A stretch of DNA of 64,000 nucleotides. Origin: Schmidtea polychroa (lineage: Eukaryota). The DNA lies in contig CM097885.1 of assembly GCA_044892525.1 (NCBI GenBank), positions 39,000,001 through 39,064,000 on the forward strand, read 5' to 3'. A program made the translations under genes and the position numbers. The notes under the pieces are model-generated. The model did no database searches and had not been told where the DNA came from. It saw only the letters and a program-made list of their open reading frames with translations. Positions 28,525 to 40,657 of this stretch are shown one piece after another; within the stretch, counting starts at the first letter, position 1; each line of letters begins with the position of its first letter.

Positions 28525-29313
28525 ATCATGCCATGAGTACGAATGAGGAGAAACGGGTCACACCGTGTTCGATTTAATTGTCAGATTTTGGCAAAATTTA
28601 AAGCCAAAAATGGAACCATATTATCAAACAGTTGTTCCTGGGTTTCAGTAAGAATTCTAACCCGACGATGACACGGACAAAGATGTGCAGCTTCCCGTGG
28701 AAATGGTAAAACAGAACTCAGCTCTCAACGCAGTGCAGTTTGTGTTAGCTAAGATTGTCCGAGAGGTGCATGGCGCACTAACTCGGCTTAAAGGCGTGGA
28801 AAGCGAGAATCGAAGCGGCACAATACTTAGCACTGGCGGTTAGTTATGTTATTTTTCGGAAAAGATTGGAAAAATACTTCATAAAAATCGGTCACCCGAT
28901 ATGTGAATTTTCCGGAAGGTAGATGGATTTCCCAAATGTCAGACAAGCATTTCCGTGATCATTGACTTCGTGATATTCATTTACCAATGACATTATTTTA
29001 ATATATGATTCGTGTTCTTTGGTGTAAATAAATATTTATTTTGTTTGTATTCTTTTCTACGAGTAATTTTATTGTATCTGTACCGGATATTCGTCGCAAT
29101 GCAAAGTTCAGATTCCCGAGACTTTGGAGCAAAATTAAAGTGGATGTCTTACACTAGACGATTGTGACGAATATTTGGATAAGGCAGAGACGAAGGGAGT
29201 ACATGACATGGCGAAAGGATGATGTTGGATCTGCTTGGGATGGAGTGGATAAAGGATCCATCAGTAAATATTTAGCAACGAGAACTAGCTTAAATTTAAA
29301 TGGTCATACTGAT
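28525..29313. repeat. Left arm of a ~790-bp inverted repeat (right arm 46987-47749)
   Basis: Reverse-complement match along its length, with scattered substitutions and one small indel. Confidence 0.93.
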
Positions 29314-29886
29314 TATTAATATATTGTAATTTGTTTGTTTAACAGTGAAGAAAATCATAAACTATTTCAGAATTTATCTTGGCTGAGCTGCCAAGAAAAA
29401 GTAACTCCGTCAACAAAGGCCGAAGTGGCAGAAACTGAAATGTCAGGAAATCGATGCAACTTGTTTCAGCTTGGAGTCCATGAAACGGCAGAAATTTTTG
29501 ACGATACAATTGAAGAGCAGGAAAACAAAGATCATGTAGAAATTCGGGAATTGAAATTACTGATCCCCCATCTCTATATCAGGAAGAGTCAGGCAATCAA
29601 ATTGTGTGGAAAGATACAATTCGATATACCCTGTAATGAGTTAGTAAATCTCTATATAAAATTATTATGGTTAAATGTAGAAGTGAGATCAGTTAATAGA
29701 AATAATTATTTCTGTTAAATTTTTATATTTAAATTCTATATTAAATTATATCATATTATATTAAATTATATTAAATTAAATGAATTAAATGTATGACCAG
29801 TAATTACATTAATATTAATAATTATCACGCCTCGGTGTTTAAATACGATAGTAAACGACACAATTTTGAAGTTGTTATAAAAATAA

Positions 29887-30950
29887 ATGCTTGAAGAAGA
29901 TTTGAATTTAATTGCGTCTAACATGGCGACTACGACCACGGATTTATTGATAAGCAGACTATTACCTGAGAAATTTCACAAAGGCGATGATTTAGAAAAT
30001 TTTATCAAGGAGATTCAAAGGTTTTTTGGCGCGACAAAATCAACAATTAGGATGCAAGTAATATTAACTACAACATTACTTGACAGATCGTTAATGGAAG
30101 ATTATGAAGCAGCCGAAGGAAAAACTATGGAAGAGAAACTTCGATGTGCATTTTCGAAACCGACATCATTAATGGATGATCTAAAAGAAGCTTTGAGTTA
30201 TGAACAAGGATCAGATTCAGCCGAATCATTTATAGAGAAAATTAAAAAGATGACAAAGAAATTAATAGCGCACAAATGGGATGAAGAAGAAATAGAAAAA
30301 TACCTGCTTACAAACTGTGTAAGAGATCGAGAAGTTAAAAAAGAGATCGAGATGAAAGATTTGAAAACATTAGAAGAAATAAAAGTGACAATAAAGAAAT
30401 TAGAAAAGGTAAACAAAATAATGGGCCATATTAATGTTGTGAAGACTTCACCGGTTGTTCAAAACTACAGAAGCTACAGAGATGTTGCTCAAAGAGGAAT
30501 GGTAAACGGAAATAATAATTTCAAGCAGCGAAACGTCAGTAACCGACAATTGGAATGCTGGACATGCATGAAAACTGGTCATGTTAGTCGAGAATGCCAA
30601 ATGAAAAAGAAAATGACGTGTTTTGCATGTGGAGTTGAAGGCCACGTACGGCGAGAATGTTCAACGATTCAATGCCAGAGATGTCACTTACGTGGACACA
30701 AAGAGATTGGCTGCTATACAAATTTGGAAAGAAGGAAGTTTCAAACTAATTCAAACATGAGAAACAATAATTATTATGCGCATCGAACCACAAGCTATCA
30801 AAAAAAGATCAACAATCCAGGAAGAACAATTGGCACAATTGAAGCTAATGATGAGAGTATTCAGATGATGCAGAAGACAAATATGAGGATATTCAGCACC
30901 CAAAAGTACATGCTTCGACACGGGAGGCAATGATCGGAGCAATATACTAG
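29887..30950 (+). CDS. gag: Gag with three CCHC zinc knuckles; a 13-nt deletion frameshifts the C-terminus
   Basis: CWTCMKTGHVSREC, CFACGVEGHVRREC, CQRCHLRGHKEIGC. The copy at 5970-6100 shows the original end ...EAMIGAIY*. Confidence 0.9.
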
Positions 30951-31001
30951 GTAATTTTGATATTGATGCAAATATTGGTCATAATAATTTTAATAATGTA
31001 A

Positions 31002-31088
<87 letters not shown>

Positions 31089-33854
31089 GTAGAACCTTTA
31101 TGTAATAAAATTTGTAATTTTAAAAAGTTTCCTTTAAATAATTTTAAATGTTATAGTTATTTTAATGTTGATCGATTTTTAATAAATAATAATAATATTC
31201 TTAAGAATCAAGAAGAGTATAATGAAATTAAAGAAGCAGAATATAATAATAATAAAATAGTAAATGAAAAAGTTTATAAATTTATTAAAAAGGCAGAAGA
31301 TAAATTAGAGAGAAAGGAAATTGGGTGGATTAATGAAATATCAGAGGAGCAAAATATTTTCACTAAAGATGAATGGAAACGACCGAAATTGAGTTATGAC
31401 AAAATGCAAGTAGACCGAGTACAACTCTTGAAATCCAGGGCTATAGAATGGAATGCTTACTAGATACAGGAGCAAGCGTAAATGTAATGGCAGAAGCAGT
31501 TGTGGACAAATTAGTGAATGTGAAAATCATAAAAACAGATGAGATGTTAAGATGTGCAAATGATAGTAAATTCAAGACAATCGGAAAAATATATATTGAT
31601 GTTAGAATTGGTAATATGGAAAGAAAAATAACATTTATAATAGTTAAAAATATTGTTCCAGATATTATAGGCAGAGTGGAATTGCAGAAAGAGTTTGGAA
31701 TTGAATTAAACTACATCAAGCAAAATGAAGAAGGATATAATGAATTAGTGTGAGAAATAGAAGCTAGATTTGGGGAAAAGATTACAGATAACGAGAGATG
31801 TCAAAAAGCAATAGAAATTCTAAGATTAAACGAAAATAAAAGACTGTTAGAGATTGTTAAAAACAAAAAAAGTGTTTTTATGGCTAATAACTGGGACATC
31901 GGATGTACTGATTTAATTGCACATAAAATCATCACAAAAGAAGGGCCAATTATGATAAAACCCAGAAGACAACCCATCAATTTAGAGAAGAAAATAAATG
32001 CTGCTATAAAGAATTTAGAAAATAATGATATCATAAGAAGATGTAATTCACCTTGGAATACGCCGTTAGTATGCGTGTGGAAAAATGACAAAAAAGATAT
32101 CAGACTTTGTTTAGATTTTAGACAGCTTAATAAGATTAGTGAAAGACAAGCTTTTCCTATGCCGAATGTAGAAGAAATTCTAGATACATTACATGGATCT
32201 AAGTACTTTAGTTCTATAGACCTTGGGAACGCTTATTATCAAGTGAAATTGGACATAGAATCGCAAGAAAAGACAGCATTTTCTACTAAAGAAGGGCAAT
32301 TTTGTTTTAATAGAATGCCTTTTGGCATTGCGGGGGCACCGGGTACATTCCAAGAATTAATGACAAAAAAAAAGATCTATGGAAAGAAGGAGTTATGGTG
32401 TATTTATCCGATATTTTAATTTTTACAAGAACAATTGAAGAACATTACAATGTGTTTAGAAAAGTTCTAGAGAAAATAAGGGAAGCCAAATTGAGAATCA
32501 ACCCAGAAAAATGTCAGTTATTAAAGAGCGAAGTAAAGTTTTTAGGGCACATTATTAATAGTCAGGAGATTCGGACAGATCAAAGTAAAATTGAGGCTAT
32601 TAAATCATTTCAGAGGCCTAAGTGTATAAAGAATTTGAGAAGTTTTTTTAGGAATATATAACTATTATCGGAGATTTATTAAGGAATATGCAACAAAATC
32701 AAGAGCGCTAGAAAGCATATGTGGAAGCAATAGTGAAAAAATAATCTGGACTGAGGAATATGAGAAAGCTTTCGAAGAAATGAAAATGGCGTTGACTACA
32801 GCGCCAATTCTCGTATTTCCAGATTTCAAGAAAGAATTCATATTAGATACAGACGCAAGCATTGATACAATTGGAGCTGTATTATCACAAAAAGATGAAA
32901 TGGGGCATGAACACGTTATTGCATATGGATCCCATGCAATGAGTAGCCATGAAAGAGGATATTATTGTATAACACGAAAAGAGCTTTTGGCTATATATTA
33001 TTTCTCTCGCCATTTCAACCTTTATTTATGCGGTAAACGGTTTGTTTTGCGCACTGATCATAAAGCTATAACTTTTATGTTAACGACAAAGAAGCCTATA
33101 ACAGCACAGTTCCAAACGTGGATAAATTACTTGAGCAGTTTAGACATAAAAATGGAGTTTAGAAAAGGTACGGCGCATACCAATGCAGAAATGCTGTCTA
33201 GAAATACATGCGGCAAATGTGTACAATGTTTGATGGACCATGATAACCCCAAATCAGGGCGATTAAAAACTAGATTGTTAACATTGATGACCGAAAATAA
33301 TAGAAATGAATGGCAAAGAGATAATGCAGAAATACAAGATATAAAAGATCAAATAAATGAAAGGAAAAATAATAAATATATATTAAAAGGAAATATTATC
33401 TATACCAATTAAAACAAAATATGGATACCAGAAACAAAAAGACGAGAAATGATTAAGGAAACACATTTATTATTATGCCATGCAGGAGTAGAAAAAGTAA
33501 TGAAATATATTAGGAACAATTTTGATATGGAAGATTTGCTAAATGAAGTAAAAGAGACTATTTCAATATGTGAAGCATGCCAGAAAAACAAGGTTTTAAC
33601 TACAAAGTCAAAAGAAAAAACCCAAGTAATTCAAGCTTCAGAACCTATGGAGAAAATATACATGGATATTTGCGGTCCATTAAGAGAAACTTTCAGAGGG
33701 GAAAAATATATTTGTGCAATAATCGATCATTACAGTAAATACATATCTCTAACTCCTATTAGAAAGCAAGATGAAAATACAATAAAGACAGTTTTGTTAA
33801 ATAATTGGATATTGAAATTTGGAGCCCCTAAGGAACTACATGTTGATTGTGGAA
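30899..33854 (+). pseudogene. pol: Pol (protease, RT, RNase H, integrase N-half) with stops and frameshifts; integrase continues at 46523-46699
   Basis: LLDTGA; SPWNTP; RLCLDFRQLN; YLSD (mutated YLDD); TDAS..IGAVL; KELLAI; HHCC; MDICGP; HVDCGK | NFE...SPYHYNTNGVIERQFRTI. Confidence 0.95.
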
Positions 33855-34630
<776 letters not shown>

Positions 34631-34680
34631 GTAAAAGGCAAATGATATTGATAAAAAATTTAAAAATTATATAAAACATT

Positions 34681-35067
34681 TTATTTCAAGTTAAATACAT
34701 CTGTGTAGTATGCTTTACGCATATCAGCTAATAAGATATGGACTGATTGATCCCTTTTAAAGTCGTGACAGCATGGACACCCATTGGGGCATGACAATCT
34801 CATAGAATCTTTGCAAACAATGCAATTTTCAATGCATCTAGTGTCAGACCTTAGAACCATATCGTAGTGCAACTCTAAAGGTTGTTCTATATTAATACCT
34901 GTTAAACGAAATATTTTATTTATAAGTAACTCTGGTGCACAATAATCTATGGTATTTCTTATTCCTGGGTATAATTCTTGAAACTTCTTTAAAATTACTT
35001 CAAATAAGTAAACTAGATATAAAGATTATTAATTATAAATAAAAATATATTCTTTACCTTTTGACAT
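34681..35067 (-). CDS. Spliced Cys-rich hypothetical protein (exons 35067-35058 and 35012-34681)
   Basis: ATGTCAAAAG|GTAAAG..45 nt..CTAG| restores an open frame MSKVYLFEVILKKF...CIENCIVC..CPNGCPCCHDF. Confidence 0.7.
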
Positions 35068-35110
35068 TTTTTCTAACTACTAAAAACAAAATCAATACAA
35101 ACAAAATTAA

Positions 35111-35557
35111 TTAATTAATTAACATTTTCATTTCTGAGATAATGTTCTCTACATAGTGATTATAGTCTAGAGTTTTTATTCCAAGTAATACAACCTTCCC
35201 GCTTGAAAATACATTAACACAAACTGGATTATACTTTTGAAGACGTAAGGCAGGAAATATTTCCGGTTCAAACATACATTTAGCTTTATGTTGTAATTCG
35301 TATAAATTTATAAATTTACCGATATCAGCAGTTACTGTAATGGACTGAATTTGTAAATCTTGTATCTTATATTTCAAATCAACTAATTTAAGAGGTTGCT
35401 TGCATCCCATTATCCGACATCTACCCGACTTGAAAAATATAATTGGATACTTCCCACTTCTATCCACAACTTGTTGGGGTTTACCTAATGGGAATTTCAT
35501 GTTTTTGACTAAACACTTACCTTTATAATTAATGTTGCTCAATAATAATGAAGTCAT
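35111..35557 (-). CDS. TATA-binding protein (TBP)-like factor, 148 aa
   Basis: Two TBP repeats: LSNI..IIFFKSGRCRIMGCK and IQSITVTAD..FEPEIFPAL..P.VNVFSSGKVVLLGIK, versus canonical LIFSSGKMVCTGAK and YEPELFPGL..LIFVSGKVVLTGAK. Confidence 0.88.
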   Translation of the reverse strand: MTSLLLSNINYKGKCLVKNMKFPLGKPQQVVDRSGKYPIIFFKSGRCRIMGCKQPLKLVDLKYKIQDLQIQSITVTADIGKFINLYELQHKAKCMFEPEIFPALRLQKYNPVCVNVFSSGKVVLLGIKTLDYNHYVENIISEMKMLIN

Positions 35558-35631
35558 GTAATAAAATTTAAATAATTTTTATATACTTATAATAATAAAT
35601 TTAAACAAATATAAACAATAATATTAATGAA

Positions 35632-36243
35632 ATGAGATTAATTAAGATGGAATTAAGAAATGATGCCGTTTATCAAATTGTAGGTCCCAGTGGTAGTGGA
35701 AAAACTTTATTTGTTTGTAAATTATTACAATCGAATATGTTCAAATCAAAATTTAATAAAATATACTGGCATAAGGGAGCTGATGACGAGCATGGTATGA
35801 CACAAGATCAGTTTTGTAAATTAAAAATGAATATAATGAAGGGATTTGATAAAAATTGGTCATCTAGATTACATCAAGGTGATGCTATAATTATTGATGA
35901 TTTATATCAGGAAGCAAATAAAGAGAAAGATTTTAATAATTTATTTACAAAAACCAGTAGACATATCGGAGTAACGGTTATTTTTATAACACAAAATTTA
36001 TTTCATCAAGGCGGAAGTCATCGAACGCGTAATTTGAATGTACAATATTTAGTTATTTTCAAAAATCCTCGAGACGCAACTATAATTGATTTTCTCGCAA
36101 GACAGGCTTATCCTAATGATAGAAGATATTTAATTGAATCCTTCCAAGAATCCTTCGATTTTACTCAACAATGTCCAGATGATTTACGTGTTAGAACAGA
36201 TATTTTCAATGAAAAAGGTGTTACGATTTATAAACAAAAATGA
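35632..36243 (+). CDS. FtsK/A32-like genome-packaging ATPase (short deletion near the C-terminus)
   Basis: Walker A GPSGSGKT, Walker B IIIDD, SRH..VIFITQNLF, FKNPRD. Confidence 0.93.
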   Translation: MRLIKMELRNDAVYQIVGPSGSGKTLFVCKLLQSNMFKSKFNKIYWHKGADDEHGMTQDQFCKLKMNIMKGFDKNWSSRLHQGDAIIIDDLYQEANKEKDFNNLFTKTSRHIGVTVIFITQNLFHQGGSHRTRNLNVQYLVIFKNPRDATIIDFLARQAYPNDRRYLIESFQESFDFTQQCPDDLRVRTDIFNEKGVTIYKQK

Positions 36244-36265
36244 AATACATTATTATTATTTAAAA

Positions 36266-36761
36266 ATGTCATTTAAAAAAGTTATAGTTCAACGTGAAAA
36301 AGTTACAAAGCAGAAAGAAAACAAAAGAAATACTAAACGGAAAGAAAAAACTATAAATAAGACTAAAAAATCAATGAAAAAGAAGAGTTGGATTAAATTA
36401 TAAACAAATTAATTAATAAAATACATCATTGACAATGAAATTACAACGTAGCTTACCATATTTTAACGCCTTGCTAAAGGCTCCAAATAATAAAAGGATG
36501 AGTATATTACAAGCTTTTCCATCATTTGTTATTGATGATTTACTCGAAGCTATTGTTAACATAGTTCGTGGTAATGTAAATATTAGTAAAGCTAAAAGGT
36601 TTGTATTAAAAAGACATAAGAAATCTCTTTTATCATTAGTTAACACAAAAAATCGAAATCTAATGAGAAAAATAATGTATAAACAACAAGGCGGATTTTT
36701 AGGTACATTAATTCCAATTGTATTATCGGCTATAAGCACAATTTCGTCATTAAATTCTTAA
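36266..36761 (+). pseudogene. Basic Polinton virion core-type protein ending QQGG|FL plus an amphipathic tail; frameshifted
   Basis: Homolog of the single ORF 58697-59191; split into a K-rich part and 36429-36761. Confidence 0.75.
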
Positions 36762-36775
36762 AATATAATATCATA

Positions 36776-37003
36776 ATGGGTGCCAAGAATTCATTACCGG
36801 ATAAACATAATTTAGATTTAAATATATTAACATCATGTTGTAATAATGAAGGAAACATTTTCCAAAAAGGTCAAATCAAAGAAGAAAATATTAGAGAAAA
36901 AACTCAAAACGATTTGGACAAACCCGAAAGATCCAGATGGTTTTGGTGGTGTAGAAAACTTGCAAAAAGAGTAAATAAATCAATTAGCCTACAGTCTAAA
37001 TAA
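36776..37003 (+). CDS. Small MG-start protein overlapping the integrase 5' end in another frame
   Basis: MGAKNSLPD..SCC..RSRWFWW is conserved with MGANPSLPD..SCC..RRSWLWW at 59195. Confidence 0.55.
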   Translation: MGAKNSLPDKHNLDLNILTSCCNNEGNIFQKGQIKEENIREKTQNDLDKPERSRWFWWCRKLAKRVNKSISLQSK

Positions 37004-37935
37004 ACCAATGTTAAAAAGATTCCCCACGAGATCTTATAAAACATTTGGTGTTAATGATTTATGGCAAATGGATTTAATGGAAATGATTCCATTTTCAAAA
37101 ATTAATAAAGGATACAAATATATTTTGACATGTATTGATGTATTTAGTAGATACGCTCGTGCTATCCCAACAAAATCTAAATCAGCTAATGAAATGGCTG
37201 ATGCATTAAAAACATTATTTGCTGACGGACAGCCTCGTAATTTACAAACAGATTTGGGTAAAATTATAAATTAAATAATTTTAATTAATTTTAAATTTAG
37301 GTAAAGAATTTTATAATAGCAAAGTTAAAGAAATTATCAAAGGAATAAATCATTACTCAGTATTTTCACAATATAAAGCAGCGCACGTGGAAAGATTCAA
37401 TCGTACTTTAAGAGATCGTTTGAAAAAATATTTTGTATATCAAGGCAATAAAACGTGGATAAATGTATTGTCGAAAATAATTTACAGTTACAATTTTTCA
37501 CCTCATAGAGAAATAAATGGAATGAGACCAATTGATATTTATTCAACAAATAATATTGATACTTGGATATCACAACAAGATAAATCAAAAACAAAAAAGC
37601 CGAAATATAAAGTAGGAGACCATGTTAGAATAAGTAAAATCAGTGCTTCTCCATTCATCAAGAATTTTGATAACAATTGGAGTGATGAAGTTTTTAAAAT
37701 ATCGAAAATAGATACTAATCAAAATCCGGTCATGTACTTTATTACAGATAATGAAAACGATCAAGTCAGTGGCAAATTCTACGAACCAAAACTACAAGTC
37801 ATTCCATCACCCACAATCTTCAGAATTCAAGAGATTTTAAAAACTAAATCGGACGGGAAATATAAACAATACTATGTGAAATGGCATGGTTATAAACATC
37901 CTAGCTGGATATCTGAAAACCAATTGATTAAATAA
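36900..37935 (+). pseudogene. int: Polinton retroviral-like (rve) integrase with C-terminal chromodomain-like end and one intron (37258-37300); 5' end damaged
   Basis: IWTNP..GFGGV; WQMDL; CIDVFSRY; QTDLG|KEF; ERFNRTL; YYVKWHGY..SWI. Start approximate. Confidence 0.92.
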
Positions 37936-37940
37936 ATATT

Positions 37941-38964
37941 ATGAAGGAAAACCAGTTTTATATGATTTTACCTAGTAATAGTTGTCCTCTTATTTATCCT
38001 GATAATAATGCTAGTAATTTTAAAGTTGAATTTCAAAACCCAATTTATTTGAATGGGAAGTGAGAAGTAGCTTTGATTGATTTTACATTTGTGTATAATC
38101 ATTTTCCGTATTACAGTAATTCATGGGTACAATACGAATTTAAAAAATCATGCGAAGAAACTAAATACTTGAAAATTCTTAGAAATCTTAGAAATTTTAA
38201 ATTCTACATATAATCCAGATGTTGATGTGTTCTTGGAAAGATATGAAAACTTAGTGATAGTTTGTCCACATGTTCCATTTAAAATATCATTTCTTGACAC
38301 CAAACATGCATCTAAGTTTGAATTAAAAACCATATCAATCATTAGCAAAACTGACCATTGTCGAATTAAATTACCTAAATTTACTGAAAATAATATTATT
38401 GAACAAATTGGGATAACTATAAATTACGATATCAAGACAAAATTCAAACATTATTTTGAAGATGAATTATTCTTAACTACTTTATCAGAGTTGCGAGGGT
38501 ATTTAATGACAATTAATCCATTTCCATTTAAAGAAATAAATCTTCAAAATCAAGAATTGGTAAAAATAACACTTGTAGATGATATTTCAAATATCACCTT
38601 TGATCAAAAATTAACAAAAGCTTTAGGATTAAAGAATCAAACTTATAATGAAAAAGACTTTGTTGGTGTGAAAATTTCAAAAATATTTAAAATTCATCAA
38701 CAAATGTTTATTTATTCTAATATTATTGAACCAATAAATGTTGGTGATGTAAGAGTTCCTCTATTAAAATCGATATGGATTAAAAGATATGAACAGGGAG
38801 AGGTAGTACAGTTAGAAATAAAGAACCCAATGTACCTTCCAATTTCATCTTCATCTATAAACAACATTGAAATTAATATTCGCAACGATAGTGGAAATTT
38901 AGTTAAATTTTCAAAAGACACCAAAACACATTTAACACTACATTTTCGTAAAATAAATGAATAA
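37941..38964 (+). pseudogene. Minor capsid (penton) protein with a stop and a frameshift
   Basis: FYMILPSNS..PDNNASNF..L.G.*EVAL; IYSNIIEPINVGDVRVPLL; IEINIRNDSG..LTLHFRK. Confidence 0.88.
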
Positions 38965-39358
38965 TCCTGATATTGTAAACTTTTATAGTAATAGTCAATC
39001 TGGTGGAGATTTACCATATTTTGTTGGTAAACAATATGGAACAGGTTGGTTAAAAACAATAGGTCGATTTGCTTTACCAATTCTTAGACGCATAGGTAAT
39101 TTTGGTATGAAAACTGCACATGATGTAATAAATAACAATTCAAAAATTCTACCTGCTTTAAAATCAAATGTTTTATCTGAAATTAAACATTCACTACCTG
39201 ATGTAATTCAACATTTGCCTACTGTAATTAATAAAGTATCTGATGTTTTTAATAAACAAGCGAATAAACAAAAAGGTGGAATGATTAAACGCAGAAAAAC
39301 ATTAAAGAAGCATATAAACAAAAGAATGAAAGGCTTTGGAACTATATTCGAAAAATGA
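38957..39358 (+). CDS. Polinton small structural protein (QSGG / QYGxG motifs plus amphipathic helix)
   Basis: Y..SQSGGDLPYF..QYGTGWLKTIGRFALPIL; homolog at 61315-61677. Confidence 0.8.
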   Translation: MNNPDIVNFYSNSQSGGDLPYFVGKQYGTGWLKTIGRFALPILRRIGNFGMKTAHDVINNNSKILPALKSNVLSEIKHSLPDVIQHLPTVINKVSDVFNKQANKQKGGMIKRRKTLKKHINKRMKGFGTIFEK

Positions 39359-39545
39359 TTAGTGCAAAATCTGAATTATGTACTTTTGATAGACCATCAC
39401 CTCAAGCAGTAATTGAACATGGTTCATTTGAAGATATTTATCCAACGAATTCAATTACGGATACTGGTACCTCTTCAATTCAATTTTACATTAACGGATC
39501 TCAAACCGAATATTTAGATTTGAATGATACTTTACTTTATCTTTA
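39355..39545 (+). pseudogene. Major capsid protein, N-terminal ~60 aa only
   Basis: KSELCTFDRPSPQAVIE..YLDLNDTLL matches the 61674 gene; sequence then jumps into the protease intron. Confidence 0.88.
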
Positions 39546-39585
39546 CTTTACTTTTATTTTTATTACTTTAATTTATTGATAATAG

Positions 39586-39925
39586 TGCTATTCAGATTGA
39601 ATACATAGGTCGAAGATTGTTCGGAGCTGAATTTCTTGGAGTTTTTCCATTAGATAAAATACCATATATTGATGTAAACAAGGCTTTAATTGTAAATACT
39701 CAATCTTGTAATCTCAAGGGAGAGCATTGGCTCGCCGTTTATGTGAAACCGGAAAAAATATATGCATTTGATCCCATGGGGTTTTATTATCCTCCTCTAT
39801 TAATATCAAAACTTCAATCATTGTTAATGCCAATTGAATATAATAAAATTCGCTATCAAAGTCCATTGACAAAAACATGTGGGCAACATTGTTTAGCGTG
39901 GTTGAAGTCAATGAAAGATCTTTGA
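39586..39925 (+). pseudogene. Adenain-like cysteine protease, exon 2 (first exon lost)
   Basis: IVNT..GEHWLA..FDPMG..YQS....CGQHC (His-Asp-Cys triad with oxyanion Gln). Confidence 0.9.
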
Positions 39926-40657
39926 ATATAAGAAAATTTAATCAAATAAATATTATCTTGTTAGTTTGTAATTTTTTATGTCATCCTACTAGTAAATATA
40001 ATTTAATGGTATGTGATTATGTGTTTGGTTTCTTGAATTTTATTGGTTACTATTTTATTGAATCATTGTTGTGTAATATGTAGTATATAAATGAAAACAA
40101 TTCATTTAAAAGTCACTTTTATCAATACCCAAACTTTTGTAAGTTTTATGTAATTAATTAATTAATAATACTCTTATAATGTTTTCTAGGTAATGAATTG
40201 CAACAACAACAACAACTACAACAACTCAAATAACATGAACAACGTCAATAGCAAGATTTGCAACCACTCAAATAACATGAACAACAAAAACTTAAACACC
40301 AACAATGATAAAACGGTTCGAAATAATTCCAAGAAAATTAATGCAAACATGATAAAATGTAAGTATTATATATATATTTTTCAGTATTTAAAGATATTTT
40401 CATTTTAATTAAATTAATATTAATTTAAATATTATATTTCATTTTAATTTATTTTACAAATTTGAATTTAATTTAATTTACTCAAAGTAAAAATTAAAAC
40501 AATTTTGAATTTATTAGATAATAATAATAATTGATGATTTTATTTAAATTTAATTATTTTAAATCAATTTAAATTTATCAATAAAAAAAATTTTTTTAAA
40601 TGCAATATTTTTAATTAAATTATAATGTATACCATAACATAACAAACAAATAAAGAC

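Noticed and set aside
29335..29718. 127-aa ORF as an extra retrotransposon gene
   Set aside because: Lies inside the 5' LTR, non-ATG start, no recognisable motif
35111..35557. Host TBP gene
   Set aside because: Too short and divergent, intronless, and inside a TIR/TSD-bounded element; treated as element-encoded TBP-like instead
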